DNA of 64,000 bases from a virus (Duplodnaviria > Caudoviricetes). A program made the position numbers and the translations under genes. This document shows positions 51,540 to 64,000 of this stretch, piece by piece (positions within the stretch are counted from its first letter, which is position 1; every line of letters starts with the position of its first letter). The stretch is from IMG/VR virus record IMGVR_UViG_3300028914_000064, positions 32,001-96,000 of that record; one strand, given 5' to 3'. The notes beneath the pieces are model-generated. The model saw only the letters and a program-made list of their open reading frames with translations, had not been told where the DNA came from and did not search any database.

Positions 51540-52987
51540 AATTTATATTCCTTTCTTTTAATTACAAATTTTATTTTCCTTATTCAATTCAGATTCTATC
51601 CATATCATATTGTATAAGATATAATCTTTCATATTATTTTGTTTATAAAAATAAAGTAAATCTTCAAAAAATAATGTCCGTTCTTTAGCATCCAATATAT
51701 CTTCTGTACATTCCTTTTGCCAATCAGACATCCAAATCTCATCATAATCATAATTATTTGGATTTCTATTTATTATGATTACATCAAAATATGTATTATC
51801 TGCAAGAAAAAATTTCCCATTGGTCAACTCTCCCATGAAAAGATAACATCCACCACCAGAAGCACATACATTTGCATTTTTTATTTTATATTTCATCTTG
51901 TTCTCCTTTCTTTATTCCTGAGGGTAATCAATAGTATTAATCCAATTATCATCTTTATAATATTTTTTACACCACTGGAGATTAGTTCTATTTTCTTTTT
52001 TATAGAATTCAGAACTAATGTCATCAATAATCTCACCTCCTGAATTTAAAAATGCTCCCCAATATTCATCTTGTTCTTTTGCTTTTTGTGATAATGATTT
52101 TGCAGAATCTTTGTCAATATTGTAGTAAGCAATAGATCCAGCATCATTATATAAAAACACATAGACTTCAAGTTTGGGATTGTATAAATCATTTCCGTCC
52201 TGAATATGCTCTAACATTTCTTTTGCTGAATTAAATTTCATAATTAACCTCCTTTACCATAAATCATTTTTAGAAAATACTTCTGTTAATAACACCTCAT
52301 CATAATGACCTAGATATTTATTTATGTGATTATCTATTTCTTTTTCATTACGACCTGTTATGATATATGCTTCACCTGATACAATAAAATAATCATTTTC
52401 TTTCATATATTTGATTTCGGTTTTGTCATTACTATTTCTAATAGGTTGAATAAGCATTTTGAAAAATCCTTTTTTATTTGAATCACAAATAAAGGCTTTG
52501 TCAAAATCAAGTTCTGAGATATAGTTTCCTTCTTTATTCAATTCTTTAACTTCAATATATCCTTTCATTTTTCCTCCTTACTGAACTTGTGTAAGTTCCA
52601 TTGAAATTTCATTTTTATTTATTTTTGTCTCTAATTTTACAATACGTCTGTAGTAATGGATTCCACTATCTATTTTATTTTTTTCAAGAATGTTTATAGG
52701 ATTTCCTTCTTCATAACTGTCAACACCTTGTCTTTTGAAACCAATATAAAGAGTACTTCCTCCCCATTCTTTTTCAAGAAGATGCTTTTCAATATTATAA
52801 TTCCAAACTATGAATAGATCTGAGGCCCAATCATCAACATAAGTACCTGCTATTTGGATGAGTTTTGTTAGAATACTTGAGTAGTTTATGCTCCATTTCT
52901 TTTCATTCATTCCATCATACCAATGACCATTTGCATAAATTGGTTCATAAATCATATTTGCCATTTTTTTATCCTTTCTTTATAAAA

Positions 52988-53022
52988 ATAACTGAGGATG
53001 AATTGAATCATTCTCAGTTATT
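52988..53022 (-). terminator. Hairpin terminator
   Basis: AATAACTGAGGATGA...TCATTCTCAGTTATT. Confidence 0.65.
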
Positions 53023-56000
53023 ATGATTATTGTTTTCATTATTAATTCTTTTATACACTATCCAATCATATTCTCAATCTCAACAAAGTTTGCATTTTCA
53101 TTATCATCCACATAAAAATGATAATAATGATTTTCCTTATCATATATTGGATCTTCAATATCTTTAGGAATATCAGATATTACAATATTGCCTAAATTTG
53201 CAATGATGTAAAAATCATTGGCATCATTTAATTCTAATTGATCATATAGATTATCACAAAATGTCTTTAAAGCAGATGGATTATTATTAACAGAACATAT
53301 TTCCCTAATAATTTTGACATAAATACCTGCATGAGTATGAGACCAATTTTCTATAATAACTTTTTTAACATTATCTAAAATTGGTTTAACAACACTACAC
53401 AGCATTTCCCCTGAATCTCTGTCATAATACATTTTAATCCATTTATAATTCAAATCAGAAAGCTGTTCTTTAGGATACCCAAAGGCGTATTCATTTTCGT
53501 TATAGGCGAGTATCAATTGACGCAGATGAGTATAAGACATTTCCTTTTTTAATTCATTACAAAAATTCCAAAGAGTTTCAGCATTCAACATTACCCCACT
53601 AACTTCACGAACAAGATCAATATATATTGAAGCTAAGCAGCCAACATATTTATTTTCTTCAAGTGTTTTCCATTTCATATTTTTTTCTCCTTATAAATCA
53701 TACAATTTCTTTTAATGGACAATCTATATGTCTTCCGTCATCTTCTCCATACGTATTTATTTTCTTGCCCATTAGACTTCCTAACATGCAATAAGGCATA
53801 TCCCCTAATATTACACTAGATCCACTTGTAAAACGACATTTTTTACAACTTTTTGGTTCGTCTATAATTATTGTTGCTTGCATTTTATTCATTTAAATAC
53901 CTCATTTCCATTAAAAATTAACATAATACTCTTTCTTTTTTATCAATTCATTATAAAGACTCGTTAATTCCTTATAATTTACTTTAGTTGCCATACTAAT
54001 CCATAGGTTTAATTTCGAATCACTAAAAAAGATGTCTGCGTTGAACTCTTCATGGGATTTGTATGCTTCTTCTGTCAATGTAGAAAACATATTCCATAAA
54101 TTTGCAATTTCATCTTTCCAATAAACGATTTTCGAACCACCTCCTAAATCAATATAACTTAAGTGGGTCATATTGCTACTCCTCCTTTCTTTGTTATCTT
54201 TTCACAAATTTTAAATTCTGTATCATATAGCTTATTTAAAGCCTTGATGCATTGTTCCACATCTTCTTCATTCTTATGAATTATTTTTTGCTTATACATA
54301 TAGCCAAGGTCAATTTCACAATAAGGCTCGAATATAGGTTCTTCACAAGTATTAAAGAAAAAAGCTATACCACCCACTTTCCCTGGATTGACTTCATCAT
54401 CAGGGAATATTGCTAAATATCCCCACCGTTTTACAAATTTATTGTATTCTCTTCTAAGAATTACTCGTTCCATATATGCTCCTCTTATATTTATTCTTAT
54501 GTGTTATATTGGGAACTTTGCATCCAAAACTTTACTGTGAAATCTACTTTTTGATAAGGCACACCAAATATCCACCATTGCTTATCTTCATAATAAGCAC
54601 AATAAACATTTTTTCTTTCTGGGCACCACACTAAGACCCCTGTACTTTCATCCGGGAGTCTTTCATCAACAGAGATCCATTTTTCTTTTACTACCAATTC
54701 TTGTCCATCCAATATTATCTTTTCTGTTTCATTTGTTTTACAGACTTCATATGATTTAAAATCTTCATTATAATGAATTTCCATTATTGGTTCTCCTTTC
54801 TTGTTTTTATATAGATATCTTTTACTCGACCTCCATCCATATCTGTAACCAATGTTAGAGTATATTCTCCATCTCTATAAGAATGAAGAGAAGACACATA
54901 AGGCGTATGTATATATTTCCTTTTATCTATCTTTTGTAATCTTTCAATCAATTCGCCAACAGTTAAATATCTGCGCATATGTTATTATCTCCTTTCTTAT
55001 CCAATATCAAATGGATGTATCATATCTGTTATCCAATCTTTTTCGCCTAAGAATCCATGACAATTATCATTTATTTTCCGTTGAATTCCTTCTTCAATGT
55101 ACTCCCATTTATAAGGACTATTATATTTGTCATGTAACGCTTTTAAGATTTTTTTGTTGGAGTTTGCAAACTCGAGTAATTTTAAAGCATCTTCTTTGAT
55201 ATAACAATTGATTGCTACACAAGATGGATACAAAGAATTAGCTTCAAACCATTTGGTTAAGGCTTTTAATATATCATTCCCTTTATACAATTGCTCCGTC
55301 CAAGTATCTTCTTTAGCTGATCTAATTACATCAACAATATATTTACTCAATATGTTTTACCTCCCTTCCTCGAGAAATTTGCAATTTTTCAACTGATATT
55401 CTGTTGCAGTTCCATCAGCATTAGAGTATTTAGATTCTTTAAAATCAATTCTTGTAATTTCTTTTAAATCAAAGCCGACAGTACTATTAAATTCTTTTGC
55501 TTTTTCAATTGCTTTTTCTACATTTTCTGCATGAATGAGAAAAGTTTCAGAATGAATTTCTGAAACTTCGATTGCATATATATTGTTCATCTTTGTTTTT
55601 AATTCTCCTTTTCTACAAAAACGATTTCACCATTAATATCTTCGGAAACTCCAAAATCTGCACCAGAAAATTCATACTCTCCTTTTTCTTTTGCTTCTTC
55701 TATTGACTTAGCTTTAACAGCAACAATGTATGTTGATTCAACTTTAAAGTGCACAAAATATGTATCTGAAATAACATTTTTTAGTTTGTCAGCAATTTCT
55801 ATCAAAGTATCCTTCGCTTCTTGACAATCATCAATTAAATCACGAACTGAATCCGGAACACCATTTTCCCCTCTCATATTGATATAACATTCCACCTCAT
55901 CATCAACATCATAATTCTCTGCATATGCCGCAAACTCATCAACAAGGTTTTCAACAGTTCCATCATAATTAATTTCAACCGGGATATCTTGGCCTGCTGT

Positions 56001-56576
56001 ATCGGTCCAAAATTCAATAAGTGCATTATCTTTATTGATTTCATACTTAATGTTCATTTCATCTAAAACTTTTTCAATTCTCTTCATTGTTATTTTTCCT
56101 TTCCTTTTTATGTCATCAATTTTTTTCGAAAATAATAAGTTCTCCTTCAGCATCTCCTGAATGCTTGCTGTTCCACCAAAATGCAACTTCTTCAAGAGTT
56201 TTACAGTCTTCTTTTACATCCCAATAATTTTTTGCCTCCTTTACTTGTGAATCATCAAATGCTACGTCTTTGTCATAATTTTTTGCTATGTACTTCATAT
56301 TCCTTTTCCTTCTTTCATTTTTCGTTATATTTTTCATTCCATTCAAATTGCTTGCATTTAATCCAATAATTTGTAGGTTGTTCAAATTTAGAACTTTTAG
56401 GATTGCTACAATAGTTTTTATTTTCCCACCATTTACAATGTTCGCATTTAATGTTTGCCTTTTTGGACATATCCAATTCGCGTCTTGTCATCTTCCTACC
56501 CCATTAGTAATGTATTATTTTCTGTTCGACATCAAACAACTCGCACTTTGCGCAACATTTTGGCATTTCAAAATCT

Positions 56577-56846
56577 TTAATCGCAATAATGTTTAGTCCC
56601 CTTTTCAAAATGTTCGTCAAAGTCATACCCTTCTTCGTCATACCATGTTATCCAATCATCTTCATCTTCGTCATACTCCTCAAGTCCTGCGGTACTACAA
56701 TGATCGGGGAATACGCCCTCCTCAACCTTTGTGTTTACGAAACTTGATATGGCATCAATCATAACTTTTGCTTCTTCGGCAGAAGATACTTCTTTGTGGT
56801 AAGGCTTTGTACCAAGTATTAAATAATACATTCTTAATTTTGTCAT
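56577..56846 (-). CDS. P22 gp17-like protein
   Basis: EVSS.EEA...D..., PD.C...GLE..DE....W..W pattern, recalled from memory. Confidence 0.45.
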   Translation of the reverse strand: MTKLRMYYLILGTKPYHKEVSSAEEAKVMIDAISSFVNTKVEEGVFPDHCSTAGLEEYDEDEDDWITWYDEEGYDFDEHFEKGTKHYCD

Positions 56847-58620
56847 TTGTTATTCCTCCTATTCTGATAATAGCTTATCTATCATATTGCTTCCCAAACT
56901 ATATCTCCATCAAAATGGTCCTCAGCTTCTTCATTGGGATTAACAGATTCAATCACATAGAAGCTTTCCCTTCTTTCCTTATCTGAATCACTAAGAGTTT
57001 CCCATTCTGATTTAGCTTTCAAAACAGCTTCTTCTTCAGTTGCAAATTCCTTATTGAACATGTCTCCATTTAAAATTTGATCAATTAAAATAAATCTCAT
57101 TTTAAATCCTCCTTTAATCAAAATCTATAAAGTTTCCATAACCATTATTTTCAAACCATTCAGCACGTTTTTTTGTGGTTTCAAAGTTTTCTGCTATCTG
57201 TTTATAATGGTCTATATATTTTTTTGCAAGCCATGTTTCACACCATCTTTTGATATCTTGGACAGTATGAGTACAATTTCCTTGATACCCTCCTACTCTA
57301 ATAATGGAACCATCATGTTCTTCATAATGTTCATCATATTGTTCGTCATAATCAAATCCTTTACTCATAGACCATCCATGACACCAAGATACCTCATATG
57401 CATAAGGGCGAGTGAAACCATGTTTTTTATCGAATGCTTGATTACTATAATTGCTATAATCTTTAAAATAAATATCGTTAATCTTTTCGTCCCCATCATA
57501 TAAAAAACATTCATAATGACCATTTTTTACATCATCTTTCCAATAAAATTTCATCATATATCTGTTTCCTTTTCTTTTTCTAAAATTGGTTTTGCTTTTT
57601 TAAGTATTGCTTGGCAAAAATCCCAGGCATATTGTTCATTTGGTGTTCTTGGTTGAGCATCCGATTTATTCATTTTCTCTATAACTGCATCAGCATCTAT
57701 TAATTTGCCATGTCCTTTTGGGAGTTTTATTCCATTTGTTACAATTCGTTGTAGTTCATATCCTTCCTGTGCTAATTCTTCAATCTTATGATAATAATAT
57801 TCTGGTATATCAATTACAATTTGCATTTTTCTTTCCTCCTTTGGATATAATACCTTTGTTTAATAAATTCTACCAGTTCTTTTGTCAAACTCTATAGTTT
57901 CGTGAAGTATGTTTTCAATAAGATTTCCATTTTTGTCTTGTTTACGAGAAAAAATCTTTGTTTCTTTTGTCTCTAAATCCATTACAGCTATTTTTGTATT
58001 AGAATTGTACCAATTACTTTCACTTGCATATGCCATTTCATGCGTCATGGCAGCAACTATAATCCATTGCCCTTTATTTGGCATTAAAAGATATTGATTC
58101 ATTATCCCTCCTCTTCGAAATCATCATAAGTATTTCGGCAAACATTTCGTGCATCTCTTGCCCATCGTTCAATGTTTTCTAATGTGGTCTCAATAATTGG
58201 AAGGTCTTCACTTTCTTCGACTCTATCAACTATTTCCTTTACATAATCTGCATCTGATTCAATCTTCTCTACAAGATGGATAATTCTTTCAAGTTTCTTC
58301 ATTACTTTTTCATTCATGTTCTTAGTTCCTTTCATTTACAATAATTGTTTTTTTACTTAAGCAGGATAACTTTTTATATTATCCAAGAGCCAATCAATTG
58401 TTTGAGTTTCGTTACGTTTCCGTTCCAATTCTTCTTTTACAAATGCTATTACTTTTTCTAAAGCTTCAAAATAGTTGCAAAGAGAATATTCTTTTCTTAT
58501 CACCTCCCTTTCTTCTGTTCTTTGATTAACAAATGTAATGTCAAATGTATGAAGCATAACCTCATCTCCTTTCTTATAAATTAAAAACTCTCAAACAATT
58601 ATTATTGCTGAGAGCTTTTG

Positions 58621-58977
58621 CTATTCATTAGATATGTTTTTCCCTTGAATATGATATGAATTCTTTATTTTCAAAATTCGTTTCCAATTTTGTTTTTGAT
58701 AAAGAATACGAAGTATATAAATTTCTCCTTTCTTTTCATTTACAACATAGAATAAATTATAATTTCCAAATGGAAGTATATGAATTAAATAATTACGATA
58801 TTCTATGTCTAATGTATTAAATCCTTTTGGGAATATTACCATGTTTGAAATGGTTAAATTCTATAGTTTGAGAAATAGTAAACCTGAATTTTTATCTTTT
58901 GTATAATCATAAGCCATATAAGAAATGTGACATATATCTTTAATGGCTTCATCAGTTTCAAGTATTTTGTGATACAT
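58621..58977 (-). pseudogene. RelE/ParE-family toxin interrupted by an in-frame TAG (58861-58863)
   Basis: MYHKILETDEAIKDI...FPKG...YR...NY.LFYVV.E....IYILRILY.KQNW in one frame with a single stop. Confidence 0.75.
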
Positions 58978-59131
58978 AATCATTATACTGCTGCATTAAG
59001 ATTTCCATTGTCTTTTCATGAGAAGTAATACGATTATTTTCTATATCATTAATACCTTTATCTAATTCTTCTAGTAAATTAGATGTTCCATCAATAGGAG
59101 TTGCAGCATCTATAGTCAATTCTCCTAACAT
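58958..59131 (-). CDS. Putative antitoxin for the RelE/ParE toxin (57 aa)
   Basis: Manual translation ...LLEELDKGINDIENNRITSHE...; overlaps toxin start. Confidence 0.6.
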   Translation of the reverse strand: MLGELTIDAATPIDGTSNLLEELDKGINDIENNRITSHEKTMEILMQQYNDYVSQNT

Positions 59132-59219
59132 ACAGCTTTTTCCTTTCTTTTTTATTTTTTAAGAAGTCTATTCGTTAAGGACATTGTAGCATATCCCCTA
59201 TGAGTTTTCTATTTTATAT

Positions 59220-59495
59220 TTAAACAAATATTTCGCTTACCGAAACTTCAATAATATAAAATATCCTTAGCTTACCCTTTTCCCATGCAAGCTGTGCATA
59301 TTCTTCTTCATGATAAGTAGAGTTGTCTTGCTTGAAATCATCATCTTCAAGCGCCAGATTATAAAAATACTCCCATATTCTTTGAAGTGCTTCTATTGCT
59401 TCCTCTTTGCTATCATAAATCCAAATTTTATCTACTTTCATATCTTTAACATTTGTTATCATAGATTTCTTTAAATTACTTAATACTGCATACAT
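59220..59495 (-). CDS. Hypothetical protein
   Basis: ORF with SD AGGAG. Confidence 0.7.
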   Translation of the reverse strand: MYAVLSNLKKSMITNVKDMKVDKIWIYDSKEEAIEALQRIWEYFYNLALEDDDFKQDNSTYHEEEYAQLAWEKGKLRIFYIIEVSVSEIFV

Positions 59496-59550
59496 AATAA
59501 TTCTCCTTTTTACATAATCAAAAAGAAAGAGTTAAAACTCTTTCTTAAAA

Positions 59551-59961
59551 TCAGCTTTTCTCTATTATTTTTATTTGCATTGTATTATTTGTAAATTGCT
59601 CTAATTTTATATCGTTGGTAATAAACATAACTGGACTAAGACTTTGAGCAACTGCCAATTGCAAGCTATCCATTGCACGAATGCTTGAATTAGATCTTAA
59701 TTCTCCTGATATGTATCCCATGTCTTTAATAATTGGAATTATCTGAATATCATTATCAGCAATAAATGCTTCTAATCTTTCTTTGTTTTGTTGGAAATCC
59801 TGAGTAGTATATTCCATAATTGTTACAGGTGAGATATAAATATGATAAGCTTTAGATGCATATTCTTGTATTAATCTTCGTGCCTTATTTCCAAGTTCAC
59901 TGGGATTTTCTAATGCATAAATAATACAGCATGTATCTAAAAAGATATTATATTCTGTCAT
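59551..59961 (-). CDS. vapC: PIN-domain VapC toxin
   Basis: FLDT, T.ME, MDSLQLA.A, TND acidic tetrad. Confidence 0.85.
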   Translation of the reverse strand: MTEYNIFLDTCCIIYALENPSELGNKARRLIQEYASKAYHIYISPVTIMEYTTQDFQQNKERLEAFIADNDIQIIPIIKDMGYISGELRSNSSIRAMDSLQLAVAQSLSPVMFITNDIKLEQFTNNTMQIKIIEKS

Positions 59962-60196
59962 TTTCTCTTAACTCCCTTACATATGATACAGGATTAGTTG
60001 CTCTTTTAGAATTATTAAAATTCGTATATTTATCCCAATCAATAGTAGTAGATTGTTTTTTCTTTTCGCATAGGATTCCCTCTCCTATATCTTTCATAGT
60101 TAAACTATCTCCTACATGTATATTCAATCGTTGAACAATTTCCAATGGGATTGTAACAACAAAGCTATTTCCAACTTTTCTTAATTTTACATCCAT
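59948..60196 (-). CDS. AbrB/MazE-fold antitoxin (VapB-like)
   Basis: KLRKVGNS..VTIP......L....GD. Confidence 0.88.
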   Translation of the reverse strand: MDVKLRKVGNSFVVTIPLEIVQRLNIHVGDSLTMKDIGEGILCEKKKQSTTIDWDKYTNFNNSKRATNPVSYVRELRENDRI

Positions 60197-60214
60197 TGTA
60201 TTACCTCCTTCTTA

Positions 60215-60239
60215 TGCTGTATATACAGTATATACTGCA
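60215..60239. promoter_or_regulatory. Overlapping palindromes, probable TA autorepression operator
   Basis: CTGTATATACAG and CAGTATATACTG just upstream of the antitoxin SD. Confidence 0.55.
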
Positions 60240-60251
60240 TTGATCCATTTA

Positions 60252-62120
60252 TCAATCATTTTCATCCTGAATGTATTCTCTCTGCATTCTTTCCCAATTT
60301 TCTAAGAGCCAATCTATACATAATTCTATGTTAGTTTCTGTTATTGGAGTTTCTGCAACATCACATTCTCCCTCATCAGTAATTGGATATAACCAATCAA
60401 CATCATAATCACATTGTAAGAGAAAATTTGTTGGCTGATATGCAACCTTTCCATATAAATTCCATTCATCATTATTTTCATAATCCATCCAAGCAAAACA
60501 AATAGCCCATAATTTATTGTCTTTCCGTTGTAATTTATAATACCAAGTTCCATTCCGTTCATTTGATTTAAGAGCACTCTTAGCTATACTTATAATTTTA
60601 TCTCTCATAATTGCATAATCTCCTTTCTTTTCCATGTAAGTTTGAAAACTCTTCGTCTGTAATGTATTCTTTATCACCCAAGATATTTGTATCAGTTACA
60701 AGAAAACCGATTCTATTAATCAAAGCTTTCCGCTCAATTGTAAATCCATTTTCTTGATCTCTGAGATGAAATACAAATAAACCTTGTTTTCTTAAAGCTG
60801 TAATTTTATTCTGTTCTAAAGGACTAAAATCAACATATTCATAATTCATAACAGCTCCTTTCCTTAATCTTTTTCATTTACATTATTGAGTTTTTCATTG
60901 GCCATTGTAATATATTCATCACAAACAGCAATCAATCGATAATAATTTCCTTTCGTAGCACTTTCATACATTTCTTCAATCTTATCAGAGAGACCAACCT
61001 GTCTTAATGCTTTTGCAGTATATCCCATAATTGAAAAAGCATTTCCATCAACACCAATGAGACTAAAATTTTCCATAATTTATCTATTATCCCCCTTTCT
61101 CAATCTTCATAGTGTACTGCTTAACCCATTTATTACATCTTTGATCATAGCCCAAGCGCTATCTCCAGTTACGTTTATATCATAATATCCATCATTCCGT
61201 TCCGGGTTATCACTCCATATCGGACGAACAACTCTCTCATATGCAATTGGTTCTTTTGAATCGGCTGCTTCAATAAGTCTAAGTTCTTGGATGTGATTAT
61301 TTTCTTCACTTCCATTTGCTCTTGTTTCCATGATTGCTTTGCATAAATAATCCAAACATTTTTGCATATCTTCTTTCTTTCCATTATACATATTAGTCTT
61401 CCTCCTTTACATTTTCTTGAACTAAATCTGCGGTTATATTTTCAACCATTCCATCTGCATTGAGCTGAATTTCTTCATCGCCTATTGGGTCAACCATTAT
61501 ACAATTGTTACATGTCTCAGAAAAATTCAAATCTTCTGCCTTAGAAATAGCATTTAGTTCGTCTTCTGCAATAATGTCTACATCAAAACTTATTGTATAT
61601 TCTCCGTGTACTTTGTATTTGTTCATAATCTTTTCCTCCTTTCTTTTCCTTTTTAATCTTCCCAATACTCATCATCAATTTCATCGTCATCTAATGCGAA
61701 TTCATAAGGTCCTTCACAATCATAGATTGATTCGCATTTCTTTTGCTTTTCATATTCTTTGAGATATTCTTCTGTGTTAGTAAAATCTGTAAGAGTTTTA
61801 AGAATTTGCTCATATTCTGCATGAGACTTACAATCTCTAATCTGATTTAAAATCTCTGAAGTTCCTTTAGCATATTGATGAAGCCAATTTGCATAACTTG
61901 AAAGATCGTTACACCAACCGATCATTCCGTAATGATTATCATAGACATCTCCATCGTTGTACCACTTGTAAACAAGTTTGTTTGTCGCGGTAACAATCTG
62001 CGTTGCCATATTTTCTCCTTCTCCTTTAAAGGGGAGATATTTCTCTGTAATGTCTTTAAATTTGTCAAAATACTCCCAATCTATACCTCCGTTGATTGTT
62101 CCTCCATTGTAGTTACTCAT
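60252..62120 (-). other. Six small phage hypothetical CDS, including LPD28-like 60598-60849
   Basis: Co-oriented ORFs with SDs. Confidence 0.7.
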
Positions 62121-62142
62121 ATTTTATTTCTCCTTTCTTTCA

Positions 62143-62817
62143 TCAGGCTTTAGTTGTGCCTGTTATACACATTTCTATAATAAATTTTTTGATAAGGCTG
62201 TTATCATTTGAAGCATAATAATCAACTAACATCTGCTTAAATTTTCCATCATATTCTATGGGGACATTAAAGATTCCCTTTCCATTTTGAATTAGTATCT
62301 TGTTTATGACATAGCTTCCAACTCTCTTATTTCCATCTTTAAAAGGTTGCATTCTCATAATATAAAGACCTATATCAATTGCTGAATCTGTAATATAATC
62401 TGCATCAATTGATTTAAGAACTTCACATAATTCATCAATATCTTTTTCTGTTGGAACAGATGGTCTCCATGTCGTTCCAGAAATCATTACCTCATCTTTT
62501 CTAAATTTTCCTAGATAAGTGTATTCGACATCAAATCTTGCAATTAGGTTATGTAAATCTTCTAGAAAGATAAGATTTAGATCTGATTCAATATTGTCAA
62601 GGAGATATTTCCAACCATCTCTTAAACAACATACCTTACTTATATCTTTTGGAGTAATGGAATCTACATTTACGTTGTTAATAATATCTTGTGTTTCAGC
62701 AAAAGTAACTCCTATACCTTCGAGGTTCGCTTGCTGATATATTGAATCAATCAAAATCCGTTTTGCACAAAATACATTTTCTTCTAAAGTCATGTTATAA
62801 ATATCTTGCACTTTCAA
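62143..62817 (-). CDS. Fic/Doc family protein with non-canonical motif QPFKDGNKR
   Basis: IY..ANLEG, G.FR...V.I.G, QPFKDGNKR. Confidence 0.85.
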   Translation of the reverse strand: MKVQDIYNMTLEENVFCAKRILIDSIYQQANLEGIGVTFAETQDIINNVNVDSITPKDISKVCCLRDGWKYLLDNIESDLNLIFLEDLHNLIARFDVEYTYLGKFRKDEVMISGTTWRPSVPTEKDIDELCEVLKSIDADYITDSAIDIGLYIMRMQPFKDGNKRVGSYVINKILIQNGKGIFNVPIEYDGKFKQMLVDYYASNDNSLIKKFIIEMCITGTTKA

Positions 62818-62832
62818 AATTTGGATCTCCTT

Positions 62833-63985
62833 TCACTTATAAACATATATCCTTACTGGATAATCCCCATTCCCATAAGTTGTGTCGCAACAAATAATAT
62901 ATTTATCGCTATATAATGGCTTGATAAAATATCTTTTTCCATCTTCACTTATTGGTTTAAAATTCTCTTCTAAATATTTTTCCATTTTCCAATCGCATCC
63001 ACGAGGAAATTCTTTTATAAACCAATCAAAAATTTGACCTGCTCCATAACAATCTAGTTTTGTTAATTTCTTTTCGTCGTAACCTCCATAAGCTGTTCCC
63101 ATCCATCTTCCATCCCAACAACCACGAAAATACATTCTCCAATAGTCAAGAGGCTCTTTATCTTTATAGTCACTTTCTTTTGCGTTTTCAAAACCTAAAA
63201 GACATCTGTTTTCATTTACGTATCTTCTTAAATCCGTGTCCTCTAAACCTCTTGAGCATCTAAAAAGTTCTTGATTTGGGGTTCCTTTAAAATTTCCGTA
63301 GATTATTGAACATTTGCTTGTTTGAATTAATTTATCCATGATATCTCTCCTATCTTAATTCCCAAGTACCTACCTTATTTCCATTTAAATCCATACAAGA
63401 GCCTTCAGAATATCCGCTTTCAAGACGTTTTGTAATTTCCTTCAGAATTCTTATACATTCATTCCTTTCGTATATTGCATTGGGCTCTCCAGTGCAAGGA
63501 TCATTAAATGCCGCATTTCCTGTTTTAAATTCGATTTTTAACATCTTTCTTTCCTCCTTTTGTTAAAATGAATATGATTTATTAGTTGGATGAACTCCAT
63601 AAATTCCATCTACAGATGTTTTGAAACCATGGAATCCAAATTTCCCATTTTCTTTAAATCTATCAATTGCAATCTCTAATTCTTCATAGCACATCGAATT
63701 GTAAGACTGAGAAATAAATCCGATAGTTCCGTTGTACACAAGCCATTCTTGTGATATTAGATGTCCACTCGGACTTTTCTGTCTATATATTCCAAAATCC
63801 TTATACTCTCCTGTCAAAACATATTTGTTGTTATTTAATTCGTCTGGAACATATACTAATTTCTTTAATTCTTTTTTTGGCTTTTCATAATAATCGATAA
63901 GCAACTTTATTGCATTTTCATCTAGATCAAGATATCTATCATCTGCAACTCTAATTTTAGGTATAAAATATTCATCTTCCTTCAT
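62833..63985 (-). other. Three phage hypothetical CDS (62833-63339, 63350-63544, 63563-63985)
   Basis: ORF track. Confidence 0.7.
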
Positions 63986-64000
63986 TTTCTTCAGTGCATT

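Larger units (their letters stand above)
49919..58557 (-). other. Array of ~25 small early-type phage hypothetical CDS
   Basis: Co-oriented ORFs with strong SDs; includes DUF551-like 54497-54784 and DpnD/PcfM-like 55357-55590. Confidence 0.75.

Noticed and set aside
58861-58863. TAG stop-codon reassignment in this phage
   Set aside because: Only one clear in-frame TAG; long genes are uninterrupted under the standard code and several genes end in TAG.
63171-63183. Partial match of spacer 1 (ACTTTCTTT), and of a mini-spacer (TTTTGAGAAAA) near 6325, as self-targets
   Set aside because: Matches of 9-11 AT-rich nt are expected by chance in 64 kb.
14478-63263. Many short plus-strand ORFs opposite the minus-strand genes
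   Set aside because: Antisense shadows with F/S/I-rich composition and no SD (the IS3 genes and the 17862 peptide are exceptions).
1-64000. tRNA/rRNA genes, reverse transcriptase (DGR/retron) and virion structural genes
   Set aside because: None recognised by eye; a tRNAscan/Infernal/HMM search would be needed to exclude them.

Overview
This AT-rich window looks like part of a large temperate phage-plasmid from a clostridial host, probably Lachnospiraceae-like (inferred from the Rep C-terminal motif and the type I toxin families). Bases 1-3.9 kb hold a plasmid replicon: ParA, a small DNA-binding partner, 22-bp iterons and a Rep_3 initiator. A plus-strand accessory region follows to about 13.6 kb. 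The rest is a long minus-strand early/replication region resembling SPbeta-like phages. It encodes DnaE, primase, DnaB, an AAA ATPase, a PD-(D/E)XK nuclease, C5 methyltransferases, a YopP/YopQ/YopR-like lysogeny triad and dozens of small hypothetical ORFs, and is interrupted by one IS3 element. No virion structural genes are visible. The most striking locus (11.3-13.2 kb) is an IS607-type TnpB with no tnpA and two of three RuvC catalytic positions altered. It is followed by an omegaRNA-like scaffold extended by an anti-repeat, a 5-repeat CRISPR array (36-nt repeats, 30-nt spacers, no cas1/cas2 in the window) and a run of about 13-nt mini-repeats. This is a candidate phage-encoded, nuclease-dead transposon-to-CRISPR intermediate. 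Also notable are a stray pair of tail-fibre-tip-like cassettes bounded by recombination-site-like inverted repeats (9.1-9.7 kb), four unannotated type I toxin loci plus an orphan antitoxin-like sRNA, and a modular split C5 methyltransferase. All family calls come from motif recognition by eye; no searches were run.
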